DNA of 64,000 nucleotides from Pocillopora damicornis (Eukaryota): contig NW_020846339.1 in assembly GCF_003704095.1 (NCBI RefSeq), positions 1-64,000 on the forward strand. Reading direction: 5' to 3'. Every line of letters starts with the position of its first letter. The first letter of the stretch is position 1. Under the pieces are notes generated by a model. It made no database searches and had not been told where the DNA came from. It saw nothing but the letters and a program-made list of their open reading frames with translations. Below are positions 43,264 to 55,674 of this stretch, piece by piece. Both the position numbers and the translations under genes were made by a program.

Positions 43264-45192
43264 TCATGAGGCTACATCTTGTTCAACTGGCTCGTTGCCT
43301 CTATACTCGTGCTCTATCCCAACTCGTGTTTCACCGCCTTGAAACTGAAAAAAAGTTGATTTAAAAATAATGAGCACACTGTGTTGCTGGTAGTGCTAGT
43401 AATTACACACAGCCACAAAACTTAGTGACAAGCATCTGGTGAGCGAGTGAAATTTCTCTGCTTTACTGAGGGTAATTGAGGTGAAGCTTGAATGATATTG
43501 GAAAATTTAAGTGGTCCTTTTCCAAAAACCAAGCAACCTGAGTGATTGCAGTAAAAATCATCCAGAATCGGCTCTCAATAATGCATGTATGGTTACGTAA
43601 CATGTTGAATCTCAACTCTCCAGCCTCATTTTGCAACATTTTCTTAGAACATCTGCTACTTTCCTGATGTCTTTGTGTGATTACTCTTTGTGTTTAATTT
43701 CTCTCAAAATACTTAGCCATTAAAATTCACCACTCAGCATCTTGAGAGGTAACATTGGATTTTCTGGGTAGGCATAAACGCATAGGGGTGATTATTGAGA
43801 AATTCTTGACACAAAATCGGTTTCAATACATATAACTCACCTTAAAAAGATTCACGGTCATCTCTTCTATCTCCAAGATCATCTCTCCAACTTCATTAAG
43901 TAATTTTCCTTTCACATTCATTTTGGAGGCGTCACTGACTGGCATGGTGATGACGACATTCTCTGCCATTTTCATGTGATCGATCTTCTTTCTTTCAATC
44001 TGGAAAATAATGCAGGATTGGTTACACACTTTGTTGATCTATTACAAATTGAACTGCAACAATGGTCGTTTTCTGTTAGAAATTTAAACCAATGTCAAAT
44101 GCCTTCAAGGCGAATAGATGTGAGCAGTTTTTTATCATAGCCTGAGAGAAAGGATTTTGTAGAAGACTACTGAGATAGCCAAGGAAAAGTGTGGATAAAT
44201 CGTGATTATACAATGTCATTAAGGTTTCCGTTTTAAGATATGGCCATCAACCATTTTATCTGGTGGAACTAGATCTGAACTTTGATGGGTCAAAACCATG
44301 AATTAACCCTCAAAAAACCCAAAAATTATGATTGCGAGTCATTACCTCTCCGTCAGCGTGAAAGTCCCCCAAGAATAACTGTGCTTTAATGTTTTCCCCT
44401 TGTGTCTTCTTCCATCGGAAAATCTTTGAGTATATCTTCATTATGTTTTGATCACGTTGCTTCTCCTATGAACAGTTCATAAAAAATGGAGAGTTGATAT
44501 GCTGATGCATGCTGTAGTCGCAGGACACGAGTTTAGATCTATGGAAACTTGCTAAGGGATCCCTTTAACTACAACTTAACACTTATTTATTTCCCAAAGT
44601 TGATGGATAAGAGAGTCATTTAACTTGTTATGACAGGTTTAACTGACTGGCTGTCTTACTGGCTAATTGATTATCTATAGACATCCTGTCTGTTGACTTT
44701 CCGAATGATACAGCATAAATTTTAGCACAAGTAACTCTGGAACGAGTGAAAAAAAACCAGTGTGCTGGATGTGAAAATGATAGATTTAAGGGGGAAGTAG
44801 TCGGGCTAGTCTATTCCAGGCTGTACTCGATCTTATTAAACCAATATAGAACTGACTGACCAACTAACTTGTAGAATGACTGATTGACTGACTAACTGAC
44901 TTGCTGACTGACTAACAGACTGGCCAACTTCCAAAATGGCCGACTAAGTGGCTGACTGGTTAGTGAAACGATAGATTGTCTGATACGCTGACTGTGCTGA
45001 AGTACCCGCACTTACTCGAAGAATATCTAGGCGGCCAGAATTCTCCAAGGCCTTTGTGACGTACATGACCAATTGATGCAGTGATCCTGTTTCGCCATTT
45101 GTCGCCGATCGCACATAACTGAAAACATCTATCATGTAGTAATCGTCATCGACGCAAGACTCTTGATCGCGCAGTGGAACGTTATCGGACAT
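43264..45192 (-). CDS. Cassette gene B3 (178 aa)
   Basis: Exons 45192-45016, 44465-44346, 43999-43841, 43344-43264. Protein: MSDNVPLRDQESCVDDDYYMIDVFSYVRSATNGETGSLHQLVMYVTKALENSGRLDILR|EKQRDQNIMKIYSKIFRWKKTQGENIKAQLFLGDFHADGE|IERKKIDHMKMAENVVITMPVSDASKMNVKGKLLNEVGEMILEIEEMTVNLFK|FQGGETRVGIEHEYRGNEPVEQDVAS*. Confidence 0.88.
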
Positions 45193-45977
45193 TGTAATTC
45201 TGTGCACAGCTTTTTGACGTTACTTCTATAGTGTATAAACTGTAGCCTTAAAAAAGGGAAAAAAAGAAGGCATAAAAACAAAAAAGGTTATAGAATATAT
45301 TTGGAAAAAGGAGTAGGGCACATATATCAAGTCTGCGTTTTCGTGTTGCACAGAAGTTGTCAAAAATTACTGGTATTGCAAAAAATATCATCGATACCTA
45401 AAATTGCCGAGCTCTTTGACAGAGTCCAGCAGCAAGAATATCGTGTAGCTTAAATCTGGTTCTCGAATTTTCTTTGAGAGGATTCCCACAGCTGAATGAC
45501 TATGGAATTTCTCGTCCTTATAGTATTGTATATGTCGAATTTAAATTCCGAAATGAACATTCATACTACATAAGATAGTCGAAACTCTATTCTCTGTGGT
45601 GATTCAAACGTGCTCTAGACAATAATTTACATATATTTTCGGAGAGGCCACGTGCGTGTGAGTGTTTGTAAATATTGCCTTTTTGCACGAATAGAGTGGT
45701 TACTTTTGTATATATTCCAATAGTCAAAACGAAATCCCGTCTGTTGTTTTCAATCTAGTGCAAAACTTACTATCATTGCGGGTAAATACTGATAATAGGC
45801 GTCTTGCCACTCCAGCATTGGAGGTGCACTCTACTCTGCAGGCTAGATACTCTCTGATCAGGAGGGTAAGGAATCAATCTTTCTCCTAATGGTCAAGAAA
45901 TGCAGTGGACCCCTGCTAAAAATGTTGTCACGGTAACCTTTTAATATGTTTACAACATTCGAAAGCACTTGACGTTA

Positions 45978-47288
45978 GGGGGTTTCCCCGAAAAAAAAAA
46001 GATTGCACCGTAAGTACTTTCGATTACGTGTGTAAATGGACACAAAAAGATATTGTCTCGTTCACTATTCACCACGATGAGTCATAACTGATATTTCTAT
46101 CATAACAACTTATCAAATAGAATCAGATGGATGAAAATTAATGCTTATGGTGATTCTTACCCCTAGTCTTTCCGAAACCAAGATAGTGTATATGCGTTCG
46201 ATTCCTTCCTGAAGAATCTTTGTATTTGTCTTTGATTCACAACCGATAATCCGATCCTGTCACAGTTTTTTCTTCGAAGAACCTCAATATTAAATGACTG
46301 TTCAAAAACCTTGCTCCCCTATTCACGCTGAAAAAAGCTGCTAAGCACTCGTTCACTTGTTTTATGAAACAAAAGCGAGCGAAATGCCTAATGGCGGCGA
46401 CTGACAAACGTTGCATTGATTAATTTATTCTATTTCCTAGGGCAGGGGGTTTCCCCGCTGCACTTTTGATTTTAAAAAACTTTCACTTCAAAATTCAACA
46501 CTTTTTTGGGGGACCTTTCATCGCTAATCAGAGAAAATTATTTGCTCACACTAGGAGTTGAGAATGTTTTCCCTGTTTTCTTTTTAAATGTATTCGATAA
46601 CCCAGAGACTTCGGCTTCGGCGAAATAGCTTATCTTGGAAGACATATTTGAAAAGTACGCTGTAAACGTTTCTCGATATATACCCGATAGACTTGGCGCC
46701 ATCGATATTGAAAACGTTTCCCTAAGCATTTCTGGAATTTTTTTTTATCAGAGTTCATGGTTTGGATGATTTCTTTAGTGATAAAAATGTGCTTTATTGC
46801 ATTTTTTGTTTGCGTGGGAAAAACCCCGGATTTTTGTTCTTGTTTTCGATTTATTTATTATTTTATTTATGAAGACCTGTTTCAAATCATGTCCTTCACT
46901 TTGGTGCTTTCGACAGATTCGATAAAATCGAAGCACAACTTGGAAAAAGATAGTCAGTTTGAGAAACTAAAAGCTTATAAGAACCTCAGGTATATATTTT
47001 GGTTATTTTTAACCTCCGCAGACGGCGACTGCATGACGGTTAGTGACCTGCTTGTATTATCTTTCATTGGTGGTCTCTGTTTTCATTTGTTATGGAAACT
47101 TTTGCCTCTGTTTTTCAAACTTAATGCACCTTCAGAGCTCAAATGGACATAGAAGACTACTTCGATTAGTAATCTTAGCAACATTTAATGTCCATCTGTT
47201 TTTGTTTTCATCTCTAGTTTAGCTGAAATATGCTTTTTCCTCAAATGTTGCGTTAATTAGGGAAAAACCCCTTTTCGCTTTCATTTCC
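45978..47288. promoter_or_regulatory. B3/A3 bidirectional promoter with four NF-kB-like sites and an ISRE-like site
   Basis: GGGGGTTTCCCC at 45978-45989 and 46445-46456; GGGAAAAACCCC at 46816-46827 and 47260-47271. The last is followed directly by TTTTCGCTTTCATTTCC (reverse complement GGAAATGAAAGCGAAAA, matching GAAANNGAAA). Confidence 0.72.
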
Positions 47289-47434
47289 TGTTTGGGTTAA
47301 ATAAAGGCGACACGTACCGGCCAAACTCCTTCCACTTGGCACGAATCAAACAGCGCAAAGAAGGAAAGAGATGTTTGTGTCGTTGAAACCATGTAAAGCT
47401 CAAGAAAAGGCAAAAGTCAGGCCCAGCAGCAAGA

Positions 47435-50414
47435 ATGTGTCCAGGTAAGACGATGCACATAATTACAATCGACCGAAGCATAAATCTAAAAACATCGCCT
47501 CGCACAAAAATTAACTTAGAAGTTAGACTGTACCTTGCAAATAACAAAAATGCTGCATATATCAAAAATCACCGGTGTATCACCCGAAATTCAAAATTAG
47601 TAGACATTTTTGTCTTCGATAACCTCATCGCGGCTGCGCTTATTTGCTATTTGCTAACATATTGAAAATATGTTGAAAAGAAAGATCGAGCTATTTCCAA
47701 TTTATCTGTAGCTCTAAACACATGATATGATTTTAACCTTTGTGAGTAAATTTTTTCAGCAGATATTTGCAGCGAACACTTCCGATCCTTTGTTTTTGTT
47801 TACTTGTTTTTCCTCTGACGCGGCGCAGGGTGTTTTATAGTTGTTTTGTTCGTTCGTTCCTTTGTTTGTTTGTTTTCTTTTTTTTTTTCATGTAGAATAC
47901 TGAAGGAGCTCAATTTACTTTGGTTCATTAGTATGAGTGACACTTCTGTCAATGGGGTATCATTTTGTGTCATGACTGATCTAAAGCACGTTCGTTCACG
48001 GACTCATCATCATTCTCATTAAAGCCTCAACCATCACCATCTTCATCGTTATCATTATCATCATCACTGTCACCACCGTTATCATTATCACATCCATCAT
48101 CACTATCATCGTCACTGTCATCATAGTCATCATTATCATCAAACAAACAATCTATATATAAATCAATCCATCTAATCAACCAACGATCTATCAATCTTTG
48201 ATACATTCAACTCTTTACTTGTTCATCTGGCTATTTTAAAGTCAGTTCATCATTCATCTCCTTACCTTTTTCTTTAGTGTTGTTTTCTTGTTTTTTGGAC
48301 TGATGTTATCTCTTTATCTTTAACAGCAGTGATGGTCAGTGGCCGTTACGTAATAGTTCAGAATGGGTGCATTCCTCCGCAGCCCATTTTGATGGAACAC
48401 TGCTGTTTGATGGTAGGGGGGAACGACTGGGATATTCATGTGAAATGCCGGCCACATTTCAATCAACGTAAGAAAAGTAAAAAGTGGCGAAATATTAAAG
48501 AAGTGTATCCTGATGCTAAGGTGGAGACAAAACATAACGATATCCGGCTGACGTTGCCAGTGCTAAGACAAAGTCTCGAAGTGGCAGCCTTTGGAATTCC
48601 AGGAAAAGATGACCAGAAGCGAATGCAAATGGCGATCTTTGGGAAGGAGCCAACCAAAGCCTGTAACTGGGATATCCGAGTTTATCTGATAGATGATTCC
48701 GAAATGGCGTTCAAGGTAACACATTTACCCCTGATCTGTATTCTACCAATTTGTTTTTGCATAGGATTAAAGTTAAGTCAAAAAAAGGAAGAAAAAAGAA
48801 GACAAACTAAAGATATTGCCTGAATGATCTTTCTGAAAAATTTCATCCTCTTCTTGAATCATTCTTTTGAATTTTTTACAGCATTTCTCTCTTAATTTAG
48901 TTTGTTCTTTGCTCAAATAAGTTAGTTTAATTTTTTTAGTACGTTTGTTTGACTTGTTTGTTTGACTTGTTTGTTTGTTTACGTTGTCTGTTGAGTCTGT
49001 TCACCTTTTCCCTTTTATTCAATTTACAGCAGATTTGCAAGAAAGTAGAAAATGAAGAAATGAAATTTTTGACAACACTGTCCAGCTTGTTTGTATCCAA
49101 CAGTGAGAAAGATATCAGCATAGAGGTTACTGCCGTGGCTTCAGGGTGGCACATCATAGGGGACTATAAGAAAGTAAGTTACTCTATAGAGGGCGGGTGT
49201 GTTGTTGGATAGTATGACTTTCAAAGATAACTGACACTAGAAATAAGAGTTATTTTTATGGTAAAACACGCACTTCAGCAGCAGATAGTGCCTACCAACG
49301 CATTAATTTTAGGACGCTGATTCCAAGATTCTGAACTTTCATATAATTCTCTAGGGGATAGCTTCAAGAAGTGCCTGGAATTCCCAAGAAAATACCACAG
49401 ATTTTCCCCGTTGTGATTTTTGTGTGAGTCACGATGATATAAAAGAACGGCAGTTCTTCTGTAAAATGAGAGCAACACACGAAAACGACAGTGCTGGCAA
49501 CGAGATTGTGGCCTTTTTCCAACAGGTAAATAAACTCATCATAATCTTTACTTTATTCATGTTGTATCTTCACGGTTATCGTAATGCTATCGACTTTACG
49601 AAGCAATTTACAAAGGAGAAGCCAAAGTATAAATTACTGGCTAGATAACGACAGTAGAAAAGAATTAAGAAATTGCTAGAACATCGATCTCAAAAAGTGA
49701 GATTAAGTTATTTCCTAGTTTACTTGCAAGTGAAAACAACTCGTTTGGAAGAACGGTGGTTCAAAAACAAAACAAAAACGAAGACAAAACAAGGGAAAAA
49801 AATAATAAAAAAACAGAGGCAGAAAAACTGATAAGGAATAAGTTTTGCAACAGCAACTGTCGGCTAATATAAAAGCTAATATTAAATAAGCGATTTATCA
49901 AATCTCCCTACTTCATTCTACAGAAAAGTGATGCCAAGATCAACAACCCAACTGAAAAGAAGTTCAAGAACACGCCGAAGATGAACTGTTCAAAAGGTTA
50001 GACATATTTAGTCTCTTTTTATGATTGGACAAAATTGTATCATTATGCTTTCCAGGTCAAATTTACCTGCAGGTCCCCCAATCATATTTAGTCAATGTCT
50101 TTTAGTTATCCTTAGGGTTAAGGAGAGGAAGGGGATTTATTCAGATTGAATAGCCTCGCCATACTTTATGAGAGCCGAGCCTACATTGTGATTATAGGAT
50201 GCATAGTGATGAATACTAGAAGATTTCTGCTGTTTAATAGGTAGGGGTTGTTTGGCTAAAAATCTATCAGCAGCTTCGTTAGTTAGAAGTGAAAATTATC
50301 AAACTGATAAACCTTTTGCTGAGGAATTTCCCATTTAATAATCGATGCATTCATTCATTAATTTATTCGTCCATTTATTTATTTATATCATCAGAATTTA
50401 ATGCTACTGGATGA
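47435..50414 (+). CDS. Cassette gene A3: partial ZU5 + UPA protein, about 268 aa
   Basis: Exons 47435-47444, 48327-48715, 49030-49173, 49355-49525, 49924-49996, 50395-50414. Protein: MCPAVMVSGRYVIVQNG...EHCC...KRMQMAIFGKEPTKACNWDIRVYLIDDSEMAFKQICKKVENEEMKFL...EFNATG*. Same intron positions and phases as A1/A2. Confidence 0.88.
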
Positions 50415-51161
50415 AGTCTCTGGAACGGATTGTCATTTTACAGCTTCCTACCAAGCCTCGCAGCTTTGTATTAACATTATGATTTCCACCGTCTAGACAC
50501 GCTCTCGAATCTCTAGAGATAACAAAAAAGGCATCCAATTAAATGGCAAAAAGGACGGATCTAAACTGCTTTGAATTTATCTTTGCCAAGTTGGAAAAAT
50601 AGCTAAAAAAAACTTAGATATGGAATGCACGAGGCAAATTAAAACGCAGTGGTTAATTTTCTTTTTCTGCCAATTTTAGGGACCAAGCCTAATACCTCAT
50701 TTAAATCTCTCAGAATCTTACAGGCAGTCAATTAAAAGCCAAAGATTTCCAGCCGTCGAAAGTTTTCTTGTTTGACTTTTGTTTGACAACTCTCTTCTAT
50801 GTTTTTCTTCCTTTTTCTTTTTTGTTTCTTTGTTTTTTTGTTATTATAATAATTTTTTTCAATTTACCGCCTTATTTTATCTATACAAATTATATACAGT
50901 GAACCCCGTTAACTCGAATTGCCAAGGGAAACTGAAATTACTTCAAAAATAAAATTCTGGATAATGAAAAAGTCCCTAAAAGTTTTTGCCTTTCACCCTT
51001 TCGAAAGTTACAGTTATCAGGAAAACTTAGTAAAGCTGAAATGTATAATGTGTGAATTCTGAAATAATAAAGGCGTTCTGCAAAAGGTCTTAGAAATGAT
51101 GGTTTTAAATAATAAAAATAACGATGATAGTAATAATAGTAATGATAATGATGATGATAGT

Positions 51162-52660
51162 ACACACGGATGTCTGATTTTCTACACTGGTGCCCCATTA
51201 GACACCAGGGTCTGATTGTAGACACTATCGTCCGATTTTATACACTACTGTCTGATTTTATACACAAGTGTCCGACTTTGTAAACTAATTTCCAATTCTA
51301 TTCGCTAGAGTCTGATTTTATATACAAGTATCCGATTTTATATACTAGAGTCCGATTTTATACACTAGTGTCCGATTCTAATCACTAGTGTCTGATTTTA
51401 TACAAGTGTCCGATTTTATGTATTAGTGTCTGATTTTATATACTAGAGTCTGATTTGTTATACTAGTGTCCGATTTTATTCAATTGTTCAATTTAATATA
51501 CTAGTGTACAATTTTATATACTACCGTCCGATTTTATACACAAGTGTCCGATTCTATTCACGAGTGTCTGATTTTATACAAGTGTCCGATTTTATGTATT
51601 AGTGCCTGATTTTATATAATAGTGTCTGATTTGTTATACTAGTGTCCGATTTTATTCAAGTGTTCAATTTCATATACTAGTGTACGATTTTATATACTAG
51701 TGTCCGATTTTATACACAAGTGCATGATTTTATACACCAATGTCTGATTGTTTACACAAGTGTCCGATTTTAGATACTAGTGTCTGATTTTATGCACTAG
51801 TGTTCGACCTTATCCACTAGTTTCTGATTTTATACACAAGTGTCTGATTCTATATGCTAGAGTCCCATTTATATACTAGTGTTTGATTTTATACACTAGT
51901 ATCCGATTCTATCCACCAGAGTCTAAATTTATACACAAGTGCCCGATTTTATATACTAGTGTCTGATTTGATACAAAAGTGTCCGATTTTAGATACTAGT
52001 GTCTGATTTTGTACACTAGTGTCTGATTTTATACACTAATGTCTGATTTTGTATAGTAGTGCCCGATTTTATATACTAGTGTCTGATTTTATACACAAGT
52101 GTCTGATTTTACACACCAATGTCTGATCTTATAGACAAGTGTCTGATATTATACTCAAGTGTCTGATTCTATCCACTAGTGTCTGATTTTATACACCAGT
52201 GTCCGATTTTTTATACTAGTGTCTGATTTTATACGTTATTGTCCGATTTTATGTGCTTGTGTCTGATTTTATACGCCAGTGTCGGTTTTTATCGACTTAT
52301 GTCTTATTTTATAAACTACTGTCCGATTTTCTATGCTAGTGTCTCCTTTTATATATAATAAAATTCGTCAGTATCCGATTATATACAGTAATGTTCAATT
52401 TTTTACACTAGCGTCCGATTTTATATACTAGTTTCCGATTTCATACACTAGTGTCTAATTTTATACGCTAGGGTCTGATTTTATTTACTAGTGTCCGATT
52501 CAAGTTAGTAGGGTCCGACTAGTACTGTAGACACCAATATAATGTCCGATTATAGACCCTTGAGTCCGATTTGTGACACTGAAGTCCGATTTTGGAGACT
52601 AGCGTCCGATTTTAGACTCTAGTTTCCGATTGCAGACACTTGTGCAGACCTTTGATACTA
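51162..52660. repeat. 20-bp minisatellite (about 70-75 copies)
   Basis: GTGTCYGATTTTATACACTA units over about 1.5 kb. Confidence 0.95.
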
Positions 52661-54475
52661 GTTTCCTTATTTAGAGAGTTGTATCTTTCAGCTATTTTCC
52701 TTTGTAGAATGCCTTACTTTTGAAACGTCTGCTTTTCATTTTTGTTCCCAGTGGCTTTTTTTTTTCATTTTAACTCAGATGATAAAGGGAATTTATTCTT
52801 TAATACCCACACTGACGCAGCACTACTATTTCTTTAGAAACTCCCCCCCCCCCCCCCNNNNNNNNNNNNNNNNNNNNNNNNNNNNNNNNNNNNNNNNNNN
52901 NNNNNNNNNNNNNNNNNNNNNNNNNNNNNNNNNNNNNNNNNNNNNNNNNNNNNNNNNNNNNNNNNNNNNNNNNNNNNNNNNNNNNNNNNNNNNNNNNNNN
53001 NNNNNNNNNNNNNNNNNNNNNNNNNNNNNNNNNNNNNNNNNNNNNNNNNNNNNNNNNNNNNNNNNNNNNNNNNNNNNNNNNNNNNNNNNNNNNNNNNNNN
53101 NNNNNNNNNNNNNNNNNNNNNNNNNNNNNNNNNNNNNNNNNNNNNNNNNNNNNNNNNNNNNNNNNNNNNNNNNNNNNNNNNNNNNNNNNNNNNNNNNNNN
53201 NNNNNNNNNNNNNNNNNNNNNNNNNNNNNNNNNNNNNNNNNNNNNNNNNNNNNNNNATATGGCAAAACAGGACTTGCTGAATAACATTCACAACAAGTCA
53301 CCGTATTCATGATTCAGCTAGTAAGTAGGACTTTTTTCCTAGTCTCATTTCTAACTTCGCATTTATTATTTAACTTCTACCTCGCGAGTTAAGTCCCTTT
53401 TCGTCGTGAACACTTTACACGAAAGATATAAGAAAGATCAAAGATCGAAAATTACTATCTCCTTTTTGAGAATTACTAAAATTAGGCGCGGCGGTTGTTT
53501 AAAAGGCGAAAAACCCAAAAAGGGGAATCATGCCATCAGAAGCTAAGTTCAAGCGTTTTAAATGTAAAAAAAATGAATATTCATAACATAAGCATTTTAT
53601 ATATGCATGGATACTGAACTGATATTGATAACTTAAAGTTAAAAAGAAATTACTTGTAGAACAGATTTGTAAATTTTTTAGCCTTAACCTATGCGATGCA
53701 CCCATTCTCAACTAACACGGTCCATTGAGGGATTTTCTCATGCTAGTACTGATTCACATTTCCAACAAAACGATCTATCGCACTTAATAACTCAGAAATT
53801 TGTCTATTCCAAAGTAGATCATAGTTTTCTCTCAGGAATTCGAGTAACNNNNNNNNNNNNNNNNNNNNNNNNNNNNNNNNNNNNNNNNNNNNNNNNNNNN
53901 NNNNNNNNNNNNNNNNNNNNNNNNNNNNNNNNNNNNNNNNNNNNNNNNNNNNNNNNNNNNNNNNNNNNNNNNNNNNNNNNNNNNNNNNNNNNNNNNNNNN
54001 NNNTCTTTTTTCTGTTCATTATAATTCTGCTCCTACCGTGCTGCTTCGTGGCTTATTTGTTAGAAGGACACAACAGGTATCTGAGAGCGTACAAGCACAG
54101 CTCAAGCCGAATTTCTTACAGGTGCCTTCATCGTATGTGGCATCAAACTCAGTTTACCAGCGACAACAAATGCGTCATCATCCACTAGTTAAAATATATT
54201 TCAAATCCATTTGTGATCAATTTCAATCGCACAGGGCAACATAACCAACTCATGCCGTAGCACGTTTATTTCCCTCGGACAAAATGTTTAAAGGTTTCTT
54301 TTTTTTAATGCTCTTGCTTTGCGAAACATTATTGGGAGGTTCAAGCACTTTCTTTGCTTAGCATTCATCTCAAAGTACATATTTGACCCTTTGGAAATGG
54401 CAGGCAAAAGCTTTCATCTAGTCAGCCAAATTTACCAAATTGAAACGGAAGATATTCTTATAAAAGTTTTTCGCC

Positions 54476-54571
54476 CTAACGAAGGGCTAACGCTCGAAAC
54501 GTCATCTATAGAAACTCTTTACGGTGGCCAATTTACGTGATCAACCCAGCTGATATAACCAAATTATCTTG
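54476..54571 (+). ncRNA. Degenerate minimal hammerhead ribozyme motif (paralogue of 42561)
   Basis: CTAACGAAGGGCTAACGCTCGAAACGTC, with the same G5>A change. Confidence 0.65.
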
Positions 54572-55674
54572 TCCTCATTGAAACACAATTGAAGCCTCTA
54601 ATTTACACCGCCATATCACGCACAAAAAATAGCAGCGCTGCACCACGCTACTAAAGCGATATGTACATCCACCGTTGTTCATTTCCCTTCCAAAAAAGGC
54701 AAATTTTATCGCAACTCGAAAATTAAATATCAGAGGAAGGGAAATTACTCAACGATACAACCACGTGACACCCTCATCTCTGATTTAAGTTGATTCCTAA
54801 CTGAATTATTTGACTGAGAAGCGGCAACAAAGACTTCCCGAAAAATTGTTAATCATCCCAATTGTAGATCAGTTCGTTAACTCAACTCATTTTTGCTGCC
54901 CTCCAGGTGTAAAGGTCTTCTCATATCGTTTCACAGTTAGGTCCACATTCTCACCGTTCTCCTTTCCTGGAACGCTGAATTGATTGTGTTCAAAACTAGT
55001 TTAATTAATAACATGAAGATTATCCTCCTCATTCAATTTCAACTGAAGTAACGAACAAAAAGGAATTATGTCGCTCAAAGTTTTAACTTACCTAGTCAGT
55101 CCATATACTTACAGTCAATATCGATTATTTTACTCTCGTCCCTACGACAGCTCAATTTTAGCTCCACGAATAACAAAAAGCTAGAAAAAAATCACTAAGA
55201 GGAAACCGACTTATCTTCTCGACAAATTCTTTAAGAGAAAACCTTTACGAGTACGAATTCAACTTTCTATATTAGCTGAGAATGGGTGGGGCTGAATCTC
55301 AACGATTTTGCCATTCTCTCTCTAAAGCAAAGCTGATTATATCAAACAAAAATCCTGATATAGGTACTTATATGTTTAACAAACCAAACTCAGCTCTTTC
55401 ACCTCAACCTGTAAATTAAGATCTCTGTAGGGTTCAGGTCCCGCCCTCCAAAAGCACAAGGAAAAACTTTCGAAGTAGCAATAGGGTTAAAAAAGCTAAA
55501 TATGGTTTCTAGCATGTAAAAAAGGAATATAAAGTAAGACAAAATAACAGAAAAAGATTTTGATCGCTATATTAGAGGAAGTCCCCTCATATAAAATGAA
55601 GTGATAACCTCTACGTGTGCAAATCTACTCTACTAAAGAAAAAAAAACTTACTACAGACTAGTTAGAATTGACA

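Noticed and set aside
46538-46729. ORF MLRETFSISM... with a counterpart at 58698-59015 (MLRQGLSVLG...) as a third cassette gene
   Set aside because: Differences between the copies are mostly amino-acid changing, the stops differ, and cassettes 1/2 have no equivalent ORF. This fits neutrally evolving leader or promoter DNA.
50680-50735. Alternative last exon for A3 (GTKPNTSF...)
   Set aside because: Its AG is mutated in A4, whereas 50395-50414 (EFNATG*) matches the A1/A2/A4 terminal exons in length and sequence.
51162-52660. Possible CRISPR-like array
   Set aside because: Head-to-tail degenerate 20-mers with no unique spacers, in a eukaryotic context with no cas genes.
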